Source of the DNA: Balanoglossus misakiensis
Taxonomy: Eukaryota; Animalia; Hemichordata
NCBI GenBank assembly: GCA_040954595.2
Contig: CM082590.2
Coordinates: forward strand, 2,356,001-2,420,000
DNA length: 64,000 nucleotides
Direction of reading: 5' to 3'
Part shown: piece after piece, positions 56,401 to 64,000 of the stretch
Layout: every line of letters starts with the position of its first letter
Numbering within the stretch: position 1 is the first letter of the stretch
Notes under the pieces: model-generated
Told to the model about the DNA's origin: nothing
The model's database searches: none
What the model saw: the letters and a program-made list of their open reading frames with translations, nothing else
Translations under genes and position numbers: made by a program

Positions 56401-58416
56401 TGTAGATCGAGAGATAGTTCTAAAATGTCCATGGTTGCTACCAAACACAGCCTCGTTTGTTTACAAAATTCTGTTGTGATGCGCAGAACACATATATAGG
56501 CCTATGCGCATAAGAACGTTTCCACTAGACTCTGTAGATCGACGGATAGCTATACAATTTCCATGGTTGCTTCCAAACAGCCTCGTTTATTTACCGATTT
56601 CTGTTGTGAGGCGCAGAACACATGATAGGCCTATGCGCATAAGAAAGTTTTCCACCAGACTCCGTAGATCGACGGATAGTTGTAAAATTTCCATGGTTGT
56701 TTCCAAACACAGCCTCGTTCATTTACAAAATTCTGTTGTTATGCGCTCAACACATACATATGCCTATGCGCATAAGAAAGTTTCCACTAGACTCTGTAGA
56801 TCGACGGATAGTTCTAAAATTTCCATGATTGCTTCCAAACACATCCTCGATTATTTACAAAATTCTGTTGTGATGCGCAGAACACATAGATAGGCCTATG
56901 CGCATATGAACGTTTTCCACTATACACTGTAGATCGAGAGATAGTTCTAAAACTTCCATGTTTGCTTCCAAACAGCCTCGTTTATTTGCGGAAATCTGTT
57001 TTGAGGCGCAGAACACATAGATAGGCATATGTGAATAAGAAAGTTTTCCACTATAGACTCTGTAGATCGAGAGACAGTTGTAAAATTTCCATGGTTGCTT
57101 CCAAACAGCCTCGTTTATTTACCGATTTCTGTTGTGAGGCGCAGAACACATAGATAGGCCTATGCGCATAAAAAACTTTTCAACTTTAGATCAACGGATA
57201 GTTCAAAAATTTCCATGGTTGTTTCCAAACAGCCTCGTTTATTTACCGAATTCTGTTGTGATGCGTAGAACACATACATATGCCTATGCGCATAAGAAAG
57301 TTTTCCACTAGACTCCGTAGATCGACGAATAGTTCTAAAATGTCCATGGTTGCTTCCAAACAAAGCCTGGTTTGTTTACAAAATTCTGTTGTGATGCGCA
57401 GAACACATAGATAGGCCTATGCGCATATGAACGTTTTCCACTATACTCTGTAGATCGAGAGATAGTTCTAAAATTTCCATGTTTGCTTCCAAACAGCCTC
57501 GTTTATTTACGGAATTCTGTTTTGAGGCGCAGAACACATAGATAGGCATATGTGCATAAGAAAGTTTTCCACTATAGACTCTGTACATCGAGAGATAGTT
57601 CTAAAATTTCCATGGTTGCTTCCAAACACAGCCTCGTTTGTTTACAAAATTCTGTTGTGATGCGCAGAACACATATATAGGCCTATGCGCATAAGAACGT
57701 TTTCCACTAGACTCTGTAGATCGACGGATAGTTCTAAAATTTCCATGGTTGCTTCCAAACAGCCTCGTTTATTTACCGAATTCTGTTGTGAGGCACAGAA
57801 CACATAGATAGGCCTATGTGCATAAGAAAGTTTTCCACTATAGACTCTGTAGATCGAGAGATAGTTCTAAAATGTCCATGGTTGCTTTCAAACACAGCCT
57901 CGTTTGTTTACAAAATTCTTTTGTGATGCGCAGAACACATATATAGGCCTATGCGCATAAGAACGTTTTCCACTAGACTCTGTAGATCGACGGATAGTTG
58001 TAAAATTTCCATGGTTGCTTCCAAACAGCCTCGTTTATTTACCGAATTCTGTTGTGAGGCACAGAACACATAGATAGGCCTATGTGCATAAGAAAGTTTT
58101 CCACTATAGACTCTGTAGATCGAGAGATAGTTCTAAAATGTCCATGGTTGCTTCCAAACACAGCCTCGTTTGTTTACAAAATTCTGTTGTGATGCGCAGA
58201 ACACATATATAGGCCTATGCGCATAATAACGTTTTCCACTAGACTCTGTAGATCGACGGATAGTTGTAAAATTTCCATGGTTGCTTCCAAACAGCCTCGT
58301 TTATTTACCGAATTCTGTTGTGAGGCGCAGAACACATAGATAGGCATATGTGCATAAGAAAGTTTTCCACTATAGACTCTGTAGATCGAGAGATAGTTCT
58401 AAAATGTCCATGGTTG

Positions 58417-58425
58417 CTACCAAAC
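58417..58425 (+). repeat. Target-site duplication, left copy (CTACCAAAC)
   Basis: Identical to 58801-58809. Uninterrupted monomers have one copy (GGTTG-CTACCAAAC-ACAGCC). The match extends to 11 bp (TGCTACCAAAC) if the terminal TG of the element is assigned to the TSD. Confidence 0.9.
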
Positions 58426-58800
58426 CATTCTCGCAAGCCAGAGCCGACCGTGTTTCCGCTCCGCGGAGCTACGCAAAAAACGGGCTCTGGCAGATTACAG
58501 TAGGGAACCCCGGAATTTAGGACGTAGACTAATGAATTATTCATGAGAAACGACATTGGAATTAGCCAATCAGTAGTCGTTTTATCGCGAGCTCTTCGGC
58601 TGCTGTCAGCTTTAAATCCGCCATTTTGCACTGTCATTTAAATAAGTTATGCAGTTTTATGAGACGGGCTCTCTGATTGGTTCCTTTGTCTGGCTGCTGG
58701 AACTGACGCTGGGATCCGCGAAAACCTTCCAAATCCACCACGGCCTGTTGGCGGTAGCGCGTAGCAGTTGCCGTAAACAGGTCGTGGTTTTACGACGATG
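58426..58800. mobile_element. 375 bp non-autonomous DNA transposon (MITE-like) inserted in the satellite
   Basis: Only non-satellite sequence in the window (186/375 G+C, about 50%). It is flanked by the direct repeat CTACCAAAC at 58417-58425 and 58801-58809. Termini are CAT...ATG with degenerate inverted similarity over ~45 bp. There is no poly(A) tail and no transposase ORF. Confidence 0.9.
58437..58491. other. Subterminal hairpin in the inserted element
   Basis: GCCAGAGCC (58437-58445) is the reverse complement of GGCTCTGGC (58483-58491). It is concentric with the perfect 12 bp palindrome GCTCCGCGGAGC (58458-58469). Confidence 0.75.
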
Positions 58801-58809
58801 CTACCAAAC
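58801..58809 (+). repeat. Target-site duplication, right copy (CTACCAAAC)
   Basis: Identical to 58417-58425. Confidence 0.9.
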
Positions 58810-61800
58810 ACAGCCTCGTTTGTTTACAAAATTCTGTTGTGATGCGCAGAACACATATATAGGCCTATGCGCATAAGAACGTTTCCACTAGACTCTGTAG
58901 ATCGACGGATAGCTATACAATTTCCATGGTTGCTTCCAAACAGCCTCGTTTATTTACCGATTTCTGTTGTGAGGCGCAGAACACATGATAGGCCTATGCG
59001 CATGAGACATTTTTCCACTAGACTCTGTAGATCGACGGATAGTTGTAAAATTTCATGGTTGCTTCCAAATACAGCCTCGTTTATTTACCAATTTCTGTTG
59101 TGATGCGCATAACACATAGATAGGCCTATGCGCATAAGAACGTTTTCCACTAGACTTTGTAGATCGACGGATAGTTGTACAATGTCCATGGTTGCTTCCA
59201 ATCAGCCTCGTTTATTTACCGAATTGTGTTGTGAGGCGCAGAACACGTAATAGGTCTATGCGCATAAGGAAGTTTTCCACCAGACTCTGTAGATCGACGG
59301 ATAGTTGTAAAATTTCATGGTTGCTTCCAAATACAGCCTCGTTTATTTACCGATTTCTGTTGTGATGCGCATAACACATAGATAGGCCTATGCGCATAAG
59401 AACGTTTTCCACTAGAGTCTGTAGATCGACGGATAGTTGTACAATTTCCATGGTTGCTTCCAAACAGCCTCGTTTATTTACCGATTTCTGTTGTGAGGCG
59501 CAGAACACATGATAGGCCTATGCGCATAAGACATTTTTCCACTAGACTCTGTAGATCGACGGATAGTTCTAAAATTTCCATGGTTGCTTCCAAACAGCCT
59601 CGTTTATTTACCGAATTCTGTTGTGAGGTGCAGAGCACGTAATAGGCCTATGCGCATAAGAAAGTTTTCCACCAGACTCTGTAGATCGACGGATAGTTGT
59701 AAAATTTCCATGGTTGCTTCCAAACAGCCTCGTTTATTTACCGATTTCTGTTGTGATGCGCAGAACACATAGATAGGCATATGTGCATAATAAAGTTTTC
59801 CACTAGACTCTGTAGATCGAGAGATAGTTCTAAAATTTCCATGGTTGCTTCCAAACACAGCCTCGTTTGTTTACAAAATTCTGTTGTGATGCGCAGAACA
59901 CATATATAGGCCTATGCGCATAATAACGTTTTCCACTAGACTCTGTAGATCGACGGATAGTTGTAAAATTTCCATGGTTGCTTCCAAACAGCCTCGTTTA
60001 TTTACCGAATTCTGTTGTGAGGCGCAGAACACATAGATAGGCATATGTGCATAAGAAAGTTTTCCACTATAGACTCTGTAGATCGAGAGATAGTTCTAAA
60101 ATGTCCATGGTTGCTTCCAAACACAGCCTCGTTTGTTTACAAAATTCTGTTGTGATGCGCAGAACACATATATAGGCCTATGCGCATAATAACGTTTTCC
60201 ACTAGACTCTGTAGATCGACGGATAGTTGTAAAATTTCCATGGTTGCTTCCAAACAGCCTCGTTTATTTACCGAATTCTGTTGTGAGGCGCAGAACACAT
60301 AGATAGGCATATGTGCATAAGAAAGTTTTCCACTATAGACTCTGTAGATCGAGAGATAGTTCTAAAATGTCCATGGTTGCTACCAAACACAGCCTCGTTT
60401 GTTTACAAAATTCTGTTGTGATGCGCAGAACACATATATAGGCCTATGCGCATAAGAACGTTTCCACTAGACTCTGTAGATCGACGGATAGCTGTAAAAT
60501 TTCCATGGTTGCTTCCAAACAGCCTCGTTTATTTACCGATTTCTGTTGTGAGGCGCAGAACACATGATAGGCCTATGCGCATGAGACATTTTTCCACTAG
60601 ACTCTGTAGATCGACGGATAGTTGTAAAATTTCATGGTTGCTTCCAAATACAGCCTCGTTTATTTAGCGATTTCTGTTGTGATGCGCATAACACATAGAT
60701 AGGCCTATGCGCATAAGAACGTTTTCCACTAGACTTTGTAGATCGACGGATAGTTGTACAATGTCCATGGTTGCTTCCAAACAGCCTCGTTTATTTACCG
60801 AATTCTGTTGTGAGGCGCAGAACACGTAATAGGTCTATGCGCATAAGGAAGTTTTCCACCAGACTCTGTAGATCGACGGATAGTTGTAAAATTTCATGGT
60901 TGCTTCCAAATACAGCCTCGTTTATTTACCGATTTCTGTTGTGATGCGCATAACACATAGATAGGCCTATGCGCATAAGAACGTTTTCCACTAGACTCTG
61001 TAGATCGACGGATAGTTGTACAATTTCCATGGTTGCTTCCAAACAGCCTCGTTTATTTACCGATTTCTGTTGTGAGGCACAGAACACATGATAGGCCTAT
61101 GCGCATAAGACATTTTTCCACTAGACTCTGTAGATCGACGGATAGTTCTAAAATGTCCATGGTTGCTTCCAAACAGCCTCGTTTATTTACCGAATTCTGT
61201 TGTGAGGCGCAGAGCACGTAATAGGCCTATGCGCATAAGAAAGTTTTCCACCAGACTCTGTAGATCGACGGATAGTTGTAAAATTTCCATGGTTGCTTCC
61301 AAACAGCCTCGTTTATTTACCGATTTCTGTTGTGATGCGCAGAACACATAGATAGGCATATGTGCATAATAAAGTTTTCCACTAGACTCTGTAGATCGAG
61401 AGATAGTTCTAAAATTTCCATGGTTGCTTCCAAACACAGCCTCGTTTGTTTACAAAATTCTGTTGTGATGCGCAGAACACATATATAGGCCTATGCGCAT
61501 AATAACGTTTTCCACTAGACTCTGTAGATCGACGGATAGTTGTAAAATTTCCATGGTTGCTTCCAAACAGCCTCGTTTATTTACCGAATTCTGTTGTGAG
61601 GCGCAGAACACATAGATAGGCATATGTGCATAAGAAAGTTTTCCACTATAGACTCTGTAGATCGAGAGATAGTTCTAAAATGTCCATGGTTGCTTCCAAA
61701 CACAGCCTCGTTTGTTTACAAAATTCTGTTGTGATGCGCAGAACACATATATAGGCCTATGCGCATAATAACGTTTTCCACTAGACTCTGTAGATCGACG

Positions 61801-63370
61801 GATAGTTGTAAAATTTCCATGGTTGCGACGGATAGTTGTAAAATTTCCATGGTTGCTTCCAAACAGCCTCGTTTATTTACCGAATTCTGTTGTGAGGCGC
61901 AGAACACATAGATAGGCATATGTGCATAAGAAAGTTTTCCACTATAGACTCTGTAGATCGAGAGATAGTTCTAAAATGTCCATGGTTGCTACCAAACACA
62001 GCCTCGTTTGTTTACAAAATTCTGTTGTGATGCGCAGAACACATATATAGGCCTATGCGCATAAGAACGTTTCCACTAGACTCTGTAGATCGACGGATAG
62101 CTGTAAAATTTCCATGGTTGCTTCCAAACAGCCTCGTTTATTTACCGATTTCTGTTGTGAGGCGCAGAACACATGATAGGCCTATGCGCATGAGACATTT
62201 TTCCACTAGACTCTGTAGATCGACGGATAGTTGTAAAATTTCATGGTTGCTTCCAAATACAGCCTCGTTTATTTAGCGATTTCTGTTGTGATGCGCATAA
62301 CACATAGATAGGCCTATGCGCATAAGAACGTTTTCCACTAGACTTTGTAGATCGACGGATAGTTGTACAATGTCCATGGTTGCTTCCAAACAGCCTCGTT
62401 TATTTACCGAATTCTGTTGTGAGGCGCAGAACACGTAATAGGTCTATGCGCATAAGGAAGTTTTCCACCAGACTCTGTAGATCGACGGATAGTTGTAAAA
62501 TTTCATGGTTGCTTCCAAATACAGCCTCGTTTATTTACCGATTTCTGTTGTGATGCGCATAACACATAGATAGGCCTATGCGCATAAGAACGTTTTCCAC
62601 TAGACTCTGTAGATCGACGGATAGTTGTACAATTTCCATGGTTGCTTCCAAACAGCCTCGTTTATTTACCGATTTCTGTTGTGAGGCACAGAACACATGA
62701 TAGGCCTATGCGCATAAGACATTTTTCCACTAGACTCTGTAGATCGACGGATAGTTCTAAAATGTCCATGGTTGCTTCCAAACAGCCTCGTTTATTTACC
62801 GAATTCTGTTGTGAGGCGCAGAGCACGTAATAGGCCTATGCGCATAAGAAAGTTTTCCACCAGACTCTGTAGATCGACGGATAGTTGTAAAATTTCCATG
62901 GTTGCTTCCAAACAGCCTCGTTTATTTACCGATTTCTGTTGTGATGCGCAGAACACATAGATAGGCATATGTGCATAATAAAGTTTTCCACTAGACTCTG
63001 TAGATCGAGAGATAGTTCTAAAATTTCCATGGTTGCTTCCAAACACAGCCTCGTTTGTTTACAAAATTCTGTTGTGATGCGCAGAACACATATATAGGCC
63101 TATGCGCATAATAACGTTTTCCACTAGACTCTGTAGATCGACGGATAGTTGTAAAATTTCCATGGTTGCTTCCAAACAGCCTCGTTTATTTACCGAATTC
63201 TGTTGTGAGGCGCAGAACACATAGATAGGCATATGTGCATAAGAAAGTTTTCCACTATAGACTCTGTAGATCGAGAGATAGTTCTAAAATGTCCATGGTT
63301 GCTTCCAAACACAGCCTCGTTTGTTTACAAAATTCTGTTGTGATGCGCAGAACACATATATAGGCCTATG
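58810..63370 (+). repeat. Higher-order repeat, 1579 bp period (12 monomers x ~3)
   Basis: ORF offsets 58867/60446/62055 and 59454/61033/62642, i.e. 1579 then 1609 (1579 plus a 30 bp local duplication). Confidence 0.85.
61796..61855 (+). repeat. 30 bp sub-monomer tandem duplication
   Basis: CGACGGATAGTTGTAAAATTTCCATGGTTG is present twice (61796-61825 and 61826-61855). Confidence 0.95.
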
Positions 63371-64000
63371 CGCATAAGAACGTTTCCACTAGACTCTGTA
63401 GATCGACGGATAGCTGTAAAATTTCCATGGTTGCTTTTAAACAGCCTCGTTTATTTACCGATTTCTGTTGTGAGGCGCAGAACACATAGATAGGCATATG
63501 TGCATAAGAAAGTTTTCCACTATAGACTCTGTAGATCGAGAGATAGTTCTAAAATGTCCATGGTTGCTTCCAAACACAGCCTCGTTTATTTACCGATTTC
63601 TGTTGTGATGCGCATAACACATAGATAGGCCTATGCGCATAAGAACGTTTTCCACTAGACTCTGTAGATCGACGGATAGTTGTACAATTTCCATGGTTGC
63701 TTCCAAACAGCATCGTTTATTTACCGAATTCTGTTGTGAGGCGCAGAACACGTAATAGGTCTATGCGCATAAGGAAGTTTTCCACCAGACTCTGTAGATC
63801 GACGGATAGTTGTAAAATTTCATGATTGCTTCCAAATACAGCCTCGTTTATTTACCGATTTCTGTTGTGATGCGCATAACACATAGATAGGCCTATGCGC
63901 ATGAGAACGTTTTCCACTAGACTATGTAGATCGACGGATAGTTGTACAATTTCCATGGTTGCTTCCAAACAGCCTCGTTTATTTACCGATTTCTGTTGTG

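Larger units (their letters stand above)
1..58425 (+). repeat. Tandem satellite DNA array, ~131 bp monomer (left of insertion)
   Basis: Continuous head-to-tail copies of approximate consensus ATGGTTGCTTCCAAACAGCCTCGTTTATTTACCGAATTCTGTTGTGAGGCGCAGAACACATAGATAGGCCTATGCGCATAAGAAAGTTTTCCACTAGACTCTGTAGATCGACGGATAGTTGTAAAATTTCC (131 bp, 55 G+C). All copies are in the same orientation. The array runs off the left window edge. Confidence 0.99.
54650..59000 (+). repeat. Higher-order tandem duplication, 1980 bp period (15 monomers x2); second copy carries the insertion
   Basis: Offsets 55180/57160 and 55396/57376. Both copies share GTTGTTATGCGCT, CTCGATTATTTAC, GCTTTCAAACAC and GATAGCTATACAA. The offset after the insertion is 2363 = 1980 - 1 + 375 + 9. 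Confidence 0.85.
58801..64000 (+). repeat. Same ~131 bp satellite array (right of insertion)
   Basis: The monomer resumes in register at CTACCAAACACAGCC (58801) and continues off the right window edge. Confidence 0.99.

Noticed and set aside
58501-58534. Possible internal second terminus (...GACGTAGACTAATG) resembling the right end (...TTACGACGATG)
   Set aside because: The similarity is too short to distinguish from chance and there is no associated TSD.
58426-58800. Insertion as a SINE, Helitron or solo LTR
   Set aside because: There is no poly(A) or simple-repeat tail and no clear Pol III A/B boxes. Helitrons make no TSD and end in CTRR. LTRs typically have TG...CA ends and 4-6 bp TSDs.
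58305-58876. ORFs overlapping the insertion (58305-58637 minus, 58649-58876 plus) as a possible transposase fragment
   Set aside because: Both run across the junction into satellite sequence, are short, and show no DDE or other motif.
155-63046. Numerous 60-129 aa ORFs (MLPNSLVYL..., MFGSNHG..., MRIRTFPL...)
   Set aside because: They are translations of the satellite. The monomer length is not a constant multiple of 3, frameshifting indels are common, many start at TTG, and no domain is recognisable.
1-64000. CRISPR-like or repeat-spacer array
   Set aside because: There are no unique spacers. The whole monomer is conserved with scattered point variants, and no cas or other genes are present.
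1-64000. Tandem array of 5S rRNA, tRNA, snRNA or spliced-leader genes
   Set aside because: The unit length is similar to small RNAs, but I recognise no conserved motifs or cloverleaf and no gene-plus-spacer conservation contrast. An Rfam/Infernal scan would be the formal test.

Overview
The window is almost entirely one head-to-tail tandem satellite array, with no genes. The monomer is about 131 bp (130-133 bp variants plus a 124 bp deleted class) and about 42% GC. There are roughly 485 copies, all in one orientation. The short ORFs in the track are translations of the repeat and not real proteins. The array looks like eukaryotic centromeric or pericentromeric satellite, but host and function cannot be determined from sequence alone. 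Monomer variants form irregular, nested higher-order duplications (periods 782-2510 bp, longer offsets 7-12 kb) and fall into three spatial layers. The only non-satellite DNA is a 375 bp non-autonomous DNA-transposon-like insertion at 58426-58800. It has a 9 bp target-site duplication, degenerate terminal inverted repeats and a left-end hairpin, and its empty paralogous site lies 1979 bp upstream. A few out-of-register lesions occur at about 38.0-38.5 kb, 51.3 kb and 61.8 kb. I found no evidence for a new protein-coding system.
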